Positions 18,101 to 27,940 are shown, counted from the first letter of the stretch. The stretch is DNA of 64,000 nt from Flavobacteriales bacterium (GCA_031371785.1 JANMKC010000018.1:4266-68265), one strand, 5' to 3'. Program-made: numbers and translations. Notes: generated by a model from the sequence alone, not told the origin.

Positions 18101-18627
18101 CCGCTCAGTTCCAAGTTCAGTGCGCTGTTCACGCTCAGGTCCTGGTTATTGCCGAAGAGTATGCCGCGTGAAATGCTGCCGCTCTTGTTCAGGCCATGTA
18201 TGCCGAGCGGGTCCTGGTCCTGTTTCGTGGGAACGTATTTGAAGGGATCCGCACGATCGGGCGAGGTGTTCAGCAAGCGGTCCGGGTCTTTGTGGCGAAC
18301 TGGCCCGGCGAGCAACATCGGCAGTACGCGATAGCGGGCGATGAGCGTATCGGCGGGGGCACCCTTGCGCCGTATCAGTGCGCCGTGCCAAGGGTCCAGG
18401 CGGTAGAACGCGGTGTCGATCGCCAAGCTATCGCGCCAAAGGCTGAACGAACCCGGCGCAACGCTCATCGAGTCCACTTGCACCGTATCGCGATCGAGAA
18501 CGATCGGATGTGATCGCAGGTTGCGCAGGTCTTGGGCGATCATCGAAAGCCACACCACCTGCGCCGCAAGCAACAGACCCGCTCTGCGAGCAGCGCGTTC
18601 TGCATGACGATGGCGGAAGGGGATCAA
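15133..18627 (-). CDS. large outer-membrane beta-barrel protein, ~1160 aa (hypothetical)
   Basis: C-terminal ...VQVRAFF has an aromatic terminus typical of OMPs; TTG start gives the signal-like N-terminus ...RRAGLLLAAQVVWLSMIAQD; the family was not recognised. Confidence 0.55.
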   Translation of the reverse strand: MIPFRHRHAERAARRAGLLLAAQVVWLSMIAQDLRNLRSHPIVLDRDTVQVDSMSVAPGSFSLWRDSLAIDTAFYRLDPWHGALIRRKGAPADTLIARYRVLPMLLAGPVRHKDPDRLLNTSPDRADPFKYVPTKQDQDPLGIHGLNKSGSISRGILFGNNQDLSVNSALNLELSGKLTEHISVLASVTDNNIPIQAGGNTAELQDFDRVFIKLYDERQELIAGDFVLERPKSHFLTYLKKTKGIGYSTLLGKEDGAHGSLAISAAISKGKFARNIIQGIEGVQGPYRLNSEDGGLFIIVLSGTERVFVDGQLLSRGQENDYVIDYNTAEVTFTTKRLITKDRRITVEFQYSDKNYARSLVRLSNAWVLGRTELHADVYTEQDSKNQPLQQTLSDADKRALTAAGDDPLAATTPGVDSVAFSVDEVLYLKRDSLGYDPVYVYNTNTDSAHYRVSFSVVGAGKGDYVQQEFTPNGRVFQWLGPDTVGGAIVHRGNYAPVRVLVPPRAQQVIEIGAAHRFGDRTKAWTQLAWSNDDRNTFSSTDDGDNQGVALRAGAEQAFPLSTSDTTLRLVLGTDNEWIARTFRPVERFRPVEFERNWNALLVPQDNDQMLASLSLALRAGKRGVAKLSSSTFRISQRYTGYRQSLECDMHPGKYDVAVDGSALSTSANSVVSDFLRHKARFARHMKWISIGVRDEQERNRFRSDTSGALIAGSYQFFDWTAFAQNSDSAKTHYGLSGGQRYEQALRGGALARSTEATTYSADLALRSDPRRRLGLTFTYRSLRIIDTTIVSQKPEDTWLARIEHDLTLWKGAFNWHVFYELGSGLEQRREFIYVQVPAGQGTYVWIDYNANGIKELNEFEVANFGYEADYIRAYTQTNQYVRTFNNQLSTSAELRPNAVWSDAKGVKGFLGKWSDMASFRTERKTGADRVEEALDPFRLDPADTALTSFTGSLRNTVYYDRSSQTWSIDHSHQSDRNKSLLLNGFETRLRESDIVHVRWNTTPHWTLEVEGEKGRSNSNSDLLSGRTFAIDQQATRPKLTWQPGTSFRISAQFKYIEKKNRLELGGEKATIRDSGVEMRYNNAGKGSIQVNTNIVNISYDGVASSSLGNEMLGGLKPGANATWSVSIQRRISDHLQLDLTYNGRHSEGTPVIHVGGVQVRAFF

Positions 18628-18772
18628 CGGAGGGGGCACTGAGGGCGCGGGCTGGAAATTATCCCGGATCGCTGGGGCGGCCGGGGATCGTCCATCAAGA
18701 AACGCATGTTGGTAACGCCGTTCCGGGCCGGTCGTTGCCCGGAGAGGGTCCGGATACATTTGATCTTCTCCT

Positions 18773-20512
18773 ATGCACGCCGGCTTTCCCACGCCTTCCA
18801 GCCGAACGGCATGGCTCTTCCCTTTGGCATTGCTCGCGGCATGTGGTGGCCCGCCCGGACCGCAGCGCACGAACGGAACCCGGTTCGGTGGGGTGTTCAA
18901 CATGAACGAGACCGAGGCACTGCGGAGCATTTTCCCGCCCACGCTCACCCAATCCTCGGCATTCCGGATCATGTCCCAAGTGTATCAGGGACTGGTGGCC
19001 TTCGATCCGAGCGACCTCCACATCATCCCCTGCCTGGCTGAACGTTGGGACGTGGACGCCACGGCAACACAGTACACCTTCCATTTGCGGCCGGGCGTGC
19101 GGTTCCACGATGATCCAGCGTTCGCTGATGGCATTGGTCGCGAACTCAATGCGGATGATGTGCTGCGATGCTTCACACTGCTCTGCACACAAGGCCCCGG
19201 CGATGAGATGTTCTGGCTTTTCCAGGACCGTGTGGAGGGTGCGAACGCCTTTTATGAAGGCTCCGCCCATGGTCGTCCTCCGGATGGTGGGGTGAAGGGG
19301 ATCACACGGATCGACGAGCGGACCATACGGGTCTCGTTGACGCATCCTTCACCGAATTTCCTGCAGATCATCGCACACCAAGGTTGCTGGATATGGCCGG
19401 AAGAACTCACTCGCGCATACGGGGATGACCTGAACGCGCATGCCATCGGGACCGGACCGTTCCAACTGCATGGGGTGCATCCGGGCGAAGCGATGGTGCT
19501 GGAGCGCAACCCGCACTATTGGGGACGCGATGCGCGGAACGATGCCTTGCCCTACCTCGATGCCATACGCGTCACCTTCGCCGAGGACAAGAACATGGAG
19601 TTCGAGGAATTCCTCAAAGGCCGTGTGACCGTGCTCGTGGAATTACCGGTCGAGCGGTTGGGGGACCTGAAGGATTCGGTGGACGCCACCACGGGGCGAC
19701 AACGCTTCGCAATGCGGGCCATGCCAGCGCTCATCACACAGTTCTATGGCTTCGATGCCCACCACGCCCCCTTCAAGGACCCCTTGGTGCGGAAGGCGTT
19801 CGCCATGGCGATCGACCGGCGCTACCTGGTGGATTCCGTCCTGAACGGGATGGCCATCCCCGCATTGCACGGTCTGGTGGCACCGGGCCTTGCGGAATAT
19901 CCGTATGACCAGGTGCCCGGCGTGCGTTTCGCGCCGGACAGCGCGCGGAAGCTGCTGGCCGAAGCCGGTTACCCGGAGGGCAAAGGCTTTCCTTCGATCC
20001 AGTTGCAGGTGAACGCGGACGGTTTCGGTTACGTGCGCGTGGCGGAAGCTGTTCAGGATATGCTCCAGCGCGTGCTGCATGTGCCCATTTCGATCAGTGT
20101 GCTCCCTGCTGACAAGCACTACGATCATGTGGACCGCGGCAAGGTCCGCTTATGGCGTGAGGGCTGGACCGCGGACCATCCCGACCCGGAGAATTTTCTC
20201 GCCCTGCTGTACGGGAAGAACGCCGTACTGGACACTTTGCTGCCAGCCTCCATCAATAAAACACGCTATCACAGCAGCGCGTTCGACGAGCACTTCGCCC
20301 GTTCGCTCCAGACCGAGGACAAGAACGAGCGCATGAAGGAACTGGCCGCGGCCGAAAGCATAGCGATGTCCGACATGCCATTGGTTCCGCTTTACCACGA
20401 GCGTGCAGTGTTCCTGCTGCAACCCTGGGTGCGCAACCTGCACATCAACGCCATTGAATACCTCGATCTGGAAGCGGTGTGGTTCGACCACCCGCAGATG
20501 CCGACGCGCTAA
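18773..20512 (+). CDS. ABC transporter substrate-binding protein, family 5 (peptide/nickel type), lipoprotein
   Basis: lipobox LALLAACGG; overall SBP_bac_5-like sequence. Confidence 0.8.
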   Translation: MHAGFPTPSSRTAWLFPLALLAACGGPPGPQRTNGTRFGGVFNMNETEALRSIFPPTLTQSSAFRIMSQVYQGLVAFDPSDLHIIPCLAERWDVDATATQYTFHLRPGVRFHDDPAFADGIGRELNADDVLRCFTLLCTQGPGDEMFWLFQDRVEGANAFYEGSAHGRPPDGGVKGITRIDERTIRVSLTHPSPNFLQIIAHQGCWIWPEELTRAYGDDLNAHAIGTGPFQLHGVHPGEAMVLERNPHYWGRDARNDALPYLDAIRVTFAEDKNMEFEEFLKGRVTVLVELPVERLGDLKDSVDATTGRQRFAMRAMPALITQFYGFDAHHAPFKDPLVRKAFAMAIDRRYLVDSVLNGMAIPALHGLVAPGLAEYPYDQVPGVRFAPDSARKLLAEAGYPEGKGFPSIQLQVNADGFGYVRVAEAVQDMLQRVLHVPISISVLPADKHYDHVDRGKVRLWREGWTADHPDPENFLALLYGKNAVLDTLLPASINKTRYHSSAFDEHFARSLQTEDKNERMKELAAAESIAMSDMPLVPLYHERAVFLLQPWVRNLHINAIEYLDLEAVWFDHPQMPTR

Positions 20513-21285
20513 GTCCTGCGCGTAGCGATCATTTCGTAGACCAATTGCTTGGCCAGCGGAACGAAGGTCTCGATCGCGGGCAAGGACAGGTCCGAAGTGA
20601 AAGCGAACACCGCCGGATTGGGCAGATCCGTGCAGCGCTTTACCAGATCCGCCTTCACATGTTCATAGGTGCAAGAGAAATCAAGCACGTAGCGGGTCAT
20701 ATAATGTGTGCGCAGGATCTGGCGATGGAGAGGACCCGCGCGATGGCCGAGCGCGGAAAGCGCATAGGCATAGACACGAGCCTCGCGACCTTGATGCAGA
20801 AGCAAGTAGCCCTCGTCCGTCCACAGCGGCAGCACGCCGACGGGTTCGAACCGGATGCGCCCGGCCAACTGCTCCCGTAGTTCGGCACCACGATCCAAGG
20901 CATTGTGAAGTTCGGGCATCGCTTTGCTGATCATGGCATCGATGGAACGAAGCAATTCGTCGTCCTGCACCGCAGCGCGCAGCACTTCGCCTGAGCGAAG
21001 ATCCAGTCCCGTGATGCCTCGCGGCATACCTGCGAGAAGTTCTTCTTTGCGCGCTCGCAGTTGCCCCAGTTGTTCCAAGCGGATGCGCAATTCATCCATG
21101 TGCGGATAGAGCTTGTGTTCCCGGTAGCGCGCCTCCACACGCTGCAGGTAGGCGAGCAGCCGATAGCGATCAAGCTCCTCGTCCACGGGGATCGATATCA
21201 GCCCGTCAGCAGGAAGGCCGGTACAGCTCAGGAGTTCCATCGCAACAGGGAAAACGGTGTGTTCATAAAAAAGTTTCGCCCTCAC
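20509..21285 (-). CDS. hypothetical protein
   Basis: long ORF with high GC3; no recognisable motif. Confidence 0.45.
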   Translation of the reverse strand: MRAKLFYEHTVFPVAMELLSCTGLPADGLISIPVDEELDRYRLLAYLQRVEARYREHKLYPHMDELRIRLEQLGQLRARKEELLAGMPRGITGLDLRSGEVLRAAVQDDELLRSIDAMISKAMPELHNALDRGAELREQLAGRIRFEPVGVLPLWTDEGYLLLHQGREARVYAYALSALGHRAGPLHRQILRTHYMTRYVLDFSCTYEHVKADLVKRCTDLPNPAVFAFTSDLSLPAIETFVPLAKQLVYEMIATRRT

Positions 21286-21344
21286 GGACGATCCGAGGAT
21301 GACTTGGGGCGATTTTCGCCGTTCACCGGAAAGCTACGAACCCC

Positions 21345-22295
21345 ATGACCCGCCCACACACAGGAGCGATCCTGTTCATGCTCATTGTCCTGTTCACGGC
21401 CTGCGTGCCCGCTCGCAAGTACGAGGAACTGCAGAGCCGGTACAAAAGCACACAGGAGAGCGAAGCGGCAGCATTGACCAAGGCGCAACAGAGCGAGGCA
21501 GCGATGAAGGAACAGGGTGCCACGCTCGAAGACCTCCGCTCACGGAGCGAACTTCTGCAGCGCGACACGCTCACCATGGGCACCAGCCTGCGCCACATGA
21601 CCACGCAGTATGACAAGATCAATGCGCTGAACAATGAACTGCTCGACAAGTACAACACGCTGATGGCCGGTGATCGCAGCGAGAACCGCAAGCTGCTTAC
21701 GGATCTGGAGACCACGCGCTTGAAACTGCAGGGGCGAGAGGATTCGCTGAACTCCTTGGGCAAGTCACTCGCCGACCGCGAAGCGAAGCTGGCCGACCTT
21801 CAGGCGGAACTCGCGAAAAAGGACGCTGCGATGAAAGGGCTCAAGGACCGATTGAGCGCGGCGCTTACCGGTTTCGAGGGCAAGGGCCTTACCGTGGTGC
21901 AGAAGAACGGGAAGATCTATGTGAGCCTCGACAACAAGCTGCTCTTCCCTAGCGGAAGCACCGTAGTGGATGCCAAAGGGCGCGAGGCATTGGTGAGCCT
22001 TTCCAAAGCGATCGAGAGCGAAAAGGACCTCGGCATCCTGGTAGAAGGGCACACGGACACCGACAAGATCCTGCCCGGCGGGAGCATGAAGGACAATTGG
22101 GACCTGAGCGTTCTGCGCGCAACAAGCGTGGTGCGGATCCTCCAGGAAGGCAGCAAGGTGGATCCCACGCGGATCACCGCTGGCGGGCGAGGAGAGTATG
22201 TGCCGGTGGACCCGAACGACAAGGCGAAGAACCGTCGCATCGAAGTGATCCTTTCACCGAACCTCGAGGCATTGTACAACCTGGTGAAGGAGTAG
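21345..22295 (+). CDS. OmpA family protein with a coiled-coil region, lipoprotein
   Basis: lipobox LFTAC; C-terminal OmpA/MotB motif ...LSVLRATSVVRIL...GRGE..P...........NRRIEV. Confidence 0.8.
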   Translation: MTRPHTGAILFMLIVLFTACVPARKYEELQSRYKSTQESEAAALTKAQQSEAAMKEQGATLEDLRSRSELLQRDTLTMGTSLRHMTTQYDKINALNNELLDKYNTLMAGDRSENRKLLTDLETTRLKLQGREDSLNSLGKSLADREAKLADLQAELAKKDAAMKGLKDRLSAALTGFEGKGLTVVQKNGKIYVSLDNKLLFPSGSTVVDAKGREALVSLSKAIESEKDLGILVEGHTDTDKILPGGSMKDNWDLSVLRATSVVRILQEGSKVDPTRITAGGRGEYVPVDPNDKAKNRRIEVILSPNLEALYNLVKE

Positions 22296-22348
22296 AACGG
22301 TACGAGCGCACGGAAAGGAACGGCCGCTCGCGCTTCCTTCCGGATGAG

Positions 22349-23710
22349 CTATCCGAACAACTGCGCGAGCACTTCATCCACGCGCCCTACAGCGAGAATT
22401 CCAATTCCGCTGTTCTTCGGAAGCCCTTTCGTTCCGCGTGGCACGAAGATCCGCGTGAAACCGAGCTTCTCCGCTTCAGCGATACGTTGCTCAGTGCGTG
22501 TCACTGGTCGGACCTCCCCAGTGAGTCCTATTTCGCCGGTGAAGCAGACATCCATCGGCACGGCCATGTCCTCGCTGCTGCTGAGCACCGCGACAACAAC
22601 AGATAGGTCGATCGCGGGTTCTTCCACACGAAACCCTCCCGCGAGATTCAGGAACACATCCTTCTGCCCGAGCCGGAAGCCGCAGCGCTTTTCCATCACG
22701 GCGAGCAGCATGTTCATGCGCCGCAGATCGAAGCCGGTAGCACTGCGTTGCGGCGTTCCATACACGGCGGAACTCACCAAGGCCTGCACTTCGATGAGCA
22801 ACGGACGCATGCCTTCGAGCGTGGCGGCCACGCATACTCCGCTGGGGCGCGCACCGCGATCGCCCAGCAGCACCTGGCTGGGATCCTCCACGATGGCCAA
22901 TCCGCTGCCCTGCATTTCATAGATGCCCAGTTCGTTCGTGCTGCCGAACCGGTTCTTCAATGGACGCAACAGGCGGTACGCATGGTCGCGATCCCCTTCG
23001 AACTGGAGAACACAATCGACCATGTGCTCCAGCACTTTCGGTCCCGCGATCGCACCATCCTTCGTGATATGGCCGATAAGCACCATGGGGATGTTCGTCG
23101 CTTTCGCGAAGCGCATCAATTCGCTGGTACACTCGCGCACCTGTCCTACGCTGCCGGGGCCCGCATCGAGAGCCGCAGTGTGCAATGTCTGTATGCTATC
23201 GATGATGACGAGACCGGGACCAAGCGCCTCGATCTGCTTGAAGATGTTCTGCGTGTTGGTTTCCGTGAGGACATAACAGCCCTTCGCACCCGGCTCCAAA
23301 CGCTCAGCACGCATGCGCACCTGCTGTTCGCTTTCTTCTCCGCTCACATACAGCGTCCGTAACAATTTGCTGCGTAGCGCGGTTTGCAGCATCAACGTGC
23401 TCTTGCCTATCCCGGGATCGCCGCCAATGAGGATCAACGATCCGGGCACCACGCCGCCACCGAGCACACGGTCCAGCTCGCGATCGCCCAGCGAAAGGCG
23501 CGGGCCGCTGTCGGCACTGATGTCCTCGATAGCGATCGGTTTCGGCCTGCGGTCGCGGATGCTTTCGGGCGTGCTGCGCTTCTCCTGAACGCGGTCCTGC
23601 ACTTCCTCAACGAGCGTGTTCCATTCCTTGCAGGTGGAGCATTGTCCGAGCCACTGGGCGAAGGATGAGCCGCAGTTCTGGCAGACATATGCGGAGCGGA
23701 CCTTGGCCAT
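22349..23710 (-). CDS. radA: DNA repair protein RadA
   Basis: C4 zinc finger CQNCG...CSTC; Walker A GGDPGIGKSTL; KNRFG motif; Lon-like C-terminal domain. Confidence 0.95.
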   Translation of the reverse strand: MAKVRSAYVCQNCGSSFAQWLGQCSTCKEWNTLVEEVQDRVQEKRSTPESIRDRRPKPIAIEDISADSGPRLSLGDRELDRVLGGGVVPGSLILIGGDPGIGKSTLMLQTALRSKLLRTLYVSGEESEQQVRMRAERLEPGAKGCYVLTETNTQNIFKQIEALGPGLVIIDSIQTLHTAALDAGPGSVGQVRECTSELMRFAKATNIPMVLIGHITKDGAIAGPKVLEHMVDCVLQFEGDRDHAYRLLRPLKNRFGSTNELGIYEMQGSGLAIVEDPSQVLLGDRGARPSGVCVAATLEGMRPLLIEVQALVSSAVYGTPQRSATGFDLRRMNMLLAVMEKRCGFRLGQKDVFLNLAGGFRVEEPAIDLSVVVAVLSSSEDMAVPMDVCFTGEIGLTGEVRPVTRTEQRIAEAEKLGFTRIFVPRGTKGLPKNSGIGILAVGRVDEVLAQLFG

Positions 23711-23722
23711 CTTGGGCGGTTC

Positions 23723-24235
23723 TCAGTTCTCCCCTGAACGAAGCGTTCGATCGAAGCGGCGAAGGATCTCGTCGGGCGCGGGAGGGAACGCGTGGGTCAG
23801 ACGATCGATCGCCCGGTTCAGGAAACCTATGCGCGTTTCGAGTTCATCCCGGTCATTGGTGTCCCAATATCCGCCTTCATCCAACACCTTCAGGTCCGCG
23901 AACAGCGGTTTGATCGCACGAAGAAGGTCTATCACCTCCATATGTATTTCCACAGGTGCGAACTGCGTTTTGCAGCAATCCGCCAGATACAGTCCATCGT
24001 CGAAGGTGAATCTCAGCATTTCGCACTCCGCATGGGGCTGGAGCTGGAAGCCATGCAACGGCCCTGCATACTCTTCGAGCCTACCATGGCGCACCCGTGA
24101 TACCATGGTTTTTGCGACATCGACTTCGATCAGGTCCACGCGCCAACGTTCCGCCCATGCCAGCAGCACCAGTTGCATACGCAATGCATGCGCTGGGGAG
24201 CGAAGGGTGCCGTTATAGTGGATCGTGACGCCCAA
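23723..24235 (-). CDS. hypothetical protein
   Basis: conserved-looking ORF with high GC3; immediately downstream of radA. Confidence 0.45.
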   Translation of the reverse strand: MGVTIHYNGTLRSPAHALRMQLVLLAWAERWRVDLIEVDVAKTMVSRVRHGRLEEYAGPLHGFQLQPHAECEMLRFTFDDGLYLADCCKTQFAPVEIHMEVIDLLRAIKPLFADLKVLDEGGYWDTNDRDELETRIGFLNRAIDRLTHAFPPAPDEILRRFDRTLRSGEN

Positions 24236-24269
24236 GGTTCCGCTGTCTTTTCCTGATCCTGATCGTCAC

Positions 24270-24776
24270 TCATCCGCCATGGCGGATGCGTTCCACCAAG
24301 TTCGTTGTTGAGAAGCCGTCCACCAGTTTCAGTGAACGCACTTCGCCGCCATTGGCTTTCACGATATCGCTCCCAACGATCTGCTCGGCTTTCCAGTCGC
24401 CGCCCTTCACCAGCACATCCGGTTTCACAGCGGTGATCAGATCGAGCGGCGTGCTCTCCTCGAAGATGATCACAGCATCCACGCAGCGCAACGCGGTCAA
24501 TACAAGTGCACGGCTATCCTGATCATTGATGGGGCGGTCCGGTCCCTTACCGAGGCGTTGCACCGAGCTGTCGCTGTTGAGACCGATGACCAAACGATCG
24601 CCGAGCGCGGCGGCTTCTTCGAGGTACTCGACATGTCCACGATGCAGGATGTCGAACACGCCATTGGTGAACACGACGCGATCGCTTTTCAAACGCCACA
24701 CGTTCACCATGCGCACCAGCGTGATGCGATCCATGATGCGCGGGTTGGCGGGTGCTTGTGCGACTTCGGAAGTCAT
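24270..24776 (-). CDS. rfaE: D-glycero-beta-D-manno-heptose 1-phosphate adenylyltransferase (RfaE domain II-like)
   Basis: VFTNGVFDILHRGHVEYL...GLNSDSS cytidylyltransferase signature; the start overlaps the upstream stop. Confidence 0.8.
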   Translation of the reverse strand: MTSEVAQAPANPRIMDRITLVRMVNVWRLKSDRVVFTNGVFDILHRGHVEYLEEAAALGDRLVIGLNSDSSVQRLGKGPDRPINDQDSRALVLTALRCVDAVIIFEESTPLDLITAVKPDVLVKGGDWKAEQIVGSDIVKANGGEVRSLKLVDGFSTTNLVERIRHGG

Positions 24777-25789
24777 GCTGCCGGTTTTTTCAAGGCCGTC
24801 AAAAGTAGCGACAGGCCACCGAGCACGATGATCATGAGGGTTTGGGCGAGCCAGAGCAGCCAGCCCAAGGCGAGTGCGTCCGGCCTCAACAGATCGGCAC
24901 CGGGGGAGGAAGGCATGTACATCCCGACGGTCAAGGCGACCAATGCTGGATAGAGGCCGATGCCGCCTTGCACCAGCACAATGCCGATAGCGCCCGCTAT
25001 GAACGCGGCAAGGATCCCCGCAAATGGCACATTCACCATGGTAGGCAGACAATAGAACCCCGCCTTGAACATGCCGAGGTAGGCTGCCCAGATGAGGAGT
25101 GTATGCACGATGAACGCGCCCTTCTTCTTAGTGCGCAGCACGGCGCGCAGTCCTTCGCCGAAGCCACGCAGCAGGCCCATCGCACGGGCGCGCAGGACCG
25201 GGCGTGTGAGGACCAGGTAGATGCCAAAAATGGCGGTGATACCGATGGAGATCACGATGACAACAAGCCAAGGGAATCCACTCGCCTGCGCCGGGTCTTG
25301 TGAAGCGCGATAGTCGACGATGCGCGCCTTGAAGATGTCGATCTTGTCCACTTGGAAGAGTACCGTGATGATCCCGATACCGGCCAGCATCGCCGTGTCC
25401 ACCACACGTTCGGCCAGCACGGTACCGAAGCCCTGTTCGAAGGGCACCTTCTCGGTGCGATAGAGGGATACAGCCCGGCTGGCTTCACCTGCCCGTTGGA
25501 TGAACATGTTCATGAAGTAGCCGATCATCACCGCGTGGTAGCAGTTCCAGAAACCGGGTTTGTGGCCCAGCGGCTCCAGCAGGTAACGCCATCGCCAACC
25601 ACGGCCCACATGCGCGAGCCAGCCGATCACTGTTGCCAATGCGAGCCACCGCATATCGGCTTGTTCGAAGGCGGCGAAAAGCTGCTCGCGCTGTTCATGC
25701 TCAAGTGCGTTGTAGAAGTAGTACACCAGCCACACCCCGATGCCGAGCGGCAAAGCGACCTTCAGCACGTTTATCAGGACCTTCTTCAC
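24773..25789 (-). CDS. UPF0104 / lysylphosphatidylglycerol-synthase-like transmembrane protein
   Basis: polytopic membrane protein with a typical N-terminus MKKVLINVLKVALPLGIGVWL. Confidence 0.7.
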   Translation of the reverse strand: MKKVLINVLKVALPLGIGVWLVYYFYNALEHEQREQLFAAFEQADMRWLALATVIGWLAHVGRGWRWRYLLEPLGHKPGFWNCYHAVMIGYFMNMFIQRAGEASRAVSLYRTEKVPFEQGFGTVLAERVVDTAMLAGIGIITVLFQVDKIDIFKARIVDYRASQDPAQASGFPWLVVIVISIGITAIFGIYLVLTRPVLRARAMGLLRGFGEGLRAVLRTKKKGAFIVHTLLIWAAYLGMFKAGFYCLPTMVNVPFAGILAAFIAGAIGIVLVQGGIGLYPALVALTVGMYMPSSPGADLLRPDALALGWLLWLAQTLMIIVLGGLSLLLTALKKPAA

Positions 25790-26139
25790 CCCTTCAGTGT
25801 GTTGGTGCGTTCATCGGGGAAGATGATGGTGGGGCGGAATTTCTTCGCTTCTTCGATGGTCATGTGCGCGTACGCCACAACGATGATCACATCGCCCACG
25901 GCGACCAATAGCGCAGCAGGGCCGTTCATGCCAACGGTCCTGCTGCCACGTTTGCCCTTGATCACATAGGTCTCCAATCGATTGCCGTTGCTCACGTTCA
26001 ACACTTGGACCTTTTCTCCCTCCACCATTCCGCTCGCATCCATGAGGTCTTCATCCAGCGTGATGCTGCCGATATAGTCGACGTTCGCTTCGGTGACCGA
26101 AATGCGGTGGATCTTGGAACGAAGAACTTCAATGGTCAT
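25786..26139 (-). CDS. panD: aspartate 1-decarboxylase
   Basis: KIHRISVTEANVDYIGSITLD...GSRTVGMNGPAA; the Gly-Ser self-processing site is in the expected context. Confidence 0.9.
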   Translation of the reverse strand: MTIEVLRSKIHRISVTEANVDYIGSITLDEDLMDASGMVEGEKVQVLNVSNGNRLETYVIKGKRGSRTVGMNGPAALLVAVGDVIIVVAYAHMTIEEAKKFRPTIIFPDERTNTLKG

Positions 26140-26161
26140 GGCGTGGAGGGTATCCGCGAAC

Positions 26162-27019
26162 TTACCGGCGCAAGATGATGTTATCGATCAAGCGGACCTC
26201 GCCGAGCCGGATCGCGGCCAAGGCTATGGCCTCGTTCAATGAGCCCCACGAATGCAGCGGTCGCAGGGTGACCGGGTCAACGATCTCCAGATAATCCGTT
26301 CGCAACGCGGGTTCGGCGTCCAGCCATCGCCTGCCGGCACTTAGCGTTTCTGCGACCGGAGTATTGAACGCATGGGCCTCTATCACCTTCAGGCTTTGGA
26401 ACAGGATGGGGGCCTTTCGGCGTTCTTCAGTGGTCAATCGCTGATTGCGCGAACTGAGCGCCAATCCATCCGAAGCGCGCACCGTGGCGCACGGCACGAT
26501 CTCTTCGGGCCAATGAAGTTCCCGCGCCACATGGCGGATCACAGCGAGTTGTTGGCGGTCCTTTTCACCGAAGTACGCGCGATCAGGACGCACATGATGG
26601 AACAAGCGCTCCACAACATTCACCACCCCTTGGAAATGCCCCGGACGCGATGCTCCTTCAAGCACCTTGTCCAGACCGGCCAGATCGTAGGACCCCACAG
26701 CATGTTCCTTGAAGACCTCCGTCTCCGTGGGGATGAACACCATCCGGCATCCGACCTTCTCCAGCATCCGCTGGTCCGCTTCCACTTGTCTTGGATAGAG
26801 GCGCAGATCGTCCAGGTCGTTGAACTGCAGCGGATTCACGAAGATGCTGGCGGCTACAGCACCACAACCTTCCAACGCACGTTGCACCAGAACAAGATGC
26901 CCTTCATGCAAAGCCCCCATAGTAGGCACCAAGCCAACAGAGCGGCCTCGGCGACGTTGTTCGGCGGACCACGCCGCAGCGGCCTTGGGGTCGTTGATCA
27001 ATTCCATGGCACAAGGCAC
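26162..27019 (-). CDS. panC: pantoate--beta-alanine ligase
   Basis: VPTMGALHEGHLVLV (HIGH-like motif); similar to PanC over its full length. Confidence 0.9.
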   Translation of the reverse strand: MPCAMELINDPKAAAAWSAEQRRRGRSVGLVPTMGALHEGHLVLVQRALEGCGAVAASIFVNPLQFNDLDDLRLYPRQVEADQRMLEKVGCRMVFIPTETEVFKEHAVGSYDLAGLDKVLEGASRPGHFQGVVNVVERLFHHVRPDRAYFGEKDRQQLAVIRHVARELHWPEEIVPCATVRASDGLALSSRNQRLTTEERRKAPILFQSLKVIEAHAFNTPVAETLSAGRRWLDAEPALRTDYLEIVDPVTLRPLHSWGSLNEAIALAAIRLGEVRLIDNIILRR

Positions 27020-27118
27020 CGTAGACGCGGGACTTTCACAAGAAACGGCTACTGTTCTGTTGAAACAGGGGCCGAATGTCTATACTTTTGTGGTCCCATT
27101 CCCTACCCCCTTCCCGCG

Positions 27119-27940
27119 ATGAGTTTGAAGAAAGCCAAGGTGCTCACCATCTCCCAGTTCATCCAGCCCTTTACGGACGGAAGTGAGATGGCGAAGGCCG
27201 CCCGCCAGTTGCCGCAAGGCATGCTGGACCGTGGCAACGAGATCCGGGTATTCATGCCAAAGTTCGGGAGCATCAACGAACGTCGGCACCAGTTGCATGA
27301 GGTGATCCGCCTGAGTGGAATGAACCTCATCATCAATGATACGGACCACGCGCTGTTGATCAAAGTGGCCAGCGTGCCCAGTGCCCGCATGCAGGTGTAC
27401 TTCATCGACAATGAGGAGTACTTCAAGCGGAAAGCGCTCACGCACGATGCTGTCGGCAATTTCTTCGCTGACAATGATGAGCGCGCGCTGTTCTTCTGTC
27501 GTGGCGTGCTGGAAACCGTGCGCAAGCTCGGATGGAAGCCGGACATCATTCACTGCCACGGCTGGATGACCGCTTTCATTCCGCTCTACGTGAAACATTT
27601 TTTCAGTGACGACCCGCATTTCGAGGACGCGAAACTTGTCTACTCCGTATACGATGACCAACCAGAAACACTTGACAAGGACCTGGCGAGGAAACTTGGC
27701 CTGGAAGGGTTCAACAAGGATCTGCTGAAAAGTCTGGCCAAGCCGACCACCGATGATCTGAACAAGTTCGCCCTCAACCTTTGCGACGCCGTGGTGAAGG
27801 GCAGCCCCAAGCTTTCCCGCACGATGGAGAGCGCCATCAAAGCCAGCGAAAAACCCGTGCTCGCATACGCCGAGGACGACGTGCGCGTTGATGTGCATGC
27901 GGAGTTCTATCACAACGTGTTGGAGGAAGCGCTGGTTTGA
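27119..27940 (+). CDS. glycogen/starch synthase N-terminal-domain-like protein (GT5 N-domain only)
   Basis: KVLTISQ...PF..G..A.....LP......GNEIRVFMPKFGSIN...MQVYFIDNEEYFKR...HCHGWMTAFIPLY; the C-terminal GT-B half is absent. Confidence 0.7.
   Translation: MSLKKAKVLTISQFIQPFTDGSEMAKAARQLPQGMLDRGNEIRVFMPKFGSINERRHQLHEVIRLSGMNLIINDTDHALLIKVASVPSARMQVYFIDNEEYFKRKALTHDAVGNFFADNDERALFFCRGVLETVRKLGWKPDIIHCHGWMTAFIPLYVKHFFSDDPHFEDAKLVYSVYDDQPETLDKDLARKLGLEGFNKDLLKSLAKPTTDDLNKFALNLCDAVVKGSPKLSRTMESAIKASEKPVLAYAEDDVRVDVHAEFYHNVLEEALV

Noticed and set aside
15133-18972. Full 1279-aa version of the OMP ORF
   Set aside because: The first ~115 codons are low-complexity (Pro/Gly/Arg-rich) and would overlap the divergent SBP gene. 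A TTG start at 18627 yields a signal-peptide-like N-terminus.
26372-27118. N-terminal 250 codons of the 522-aa plus-strand ORF that runs through panC
   Set aside because: Only the part from the ATG at 27119 matches glycogen synthase. The upstream portion is antisense to panC.
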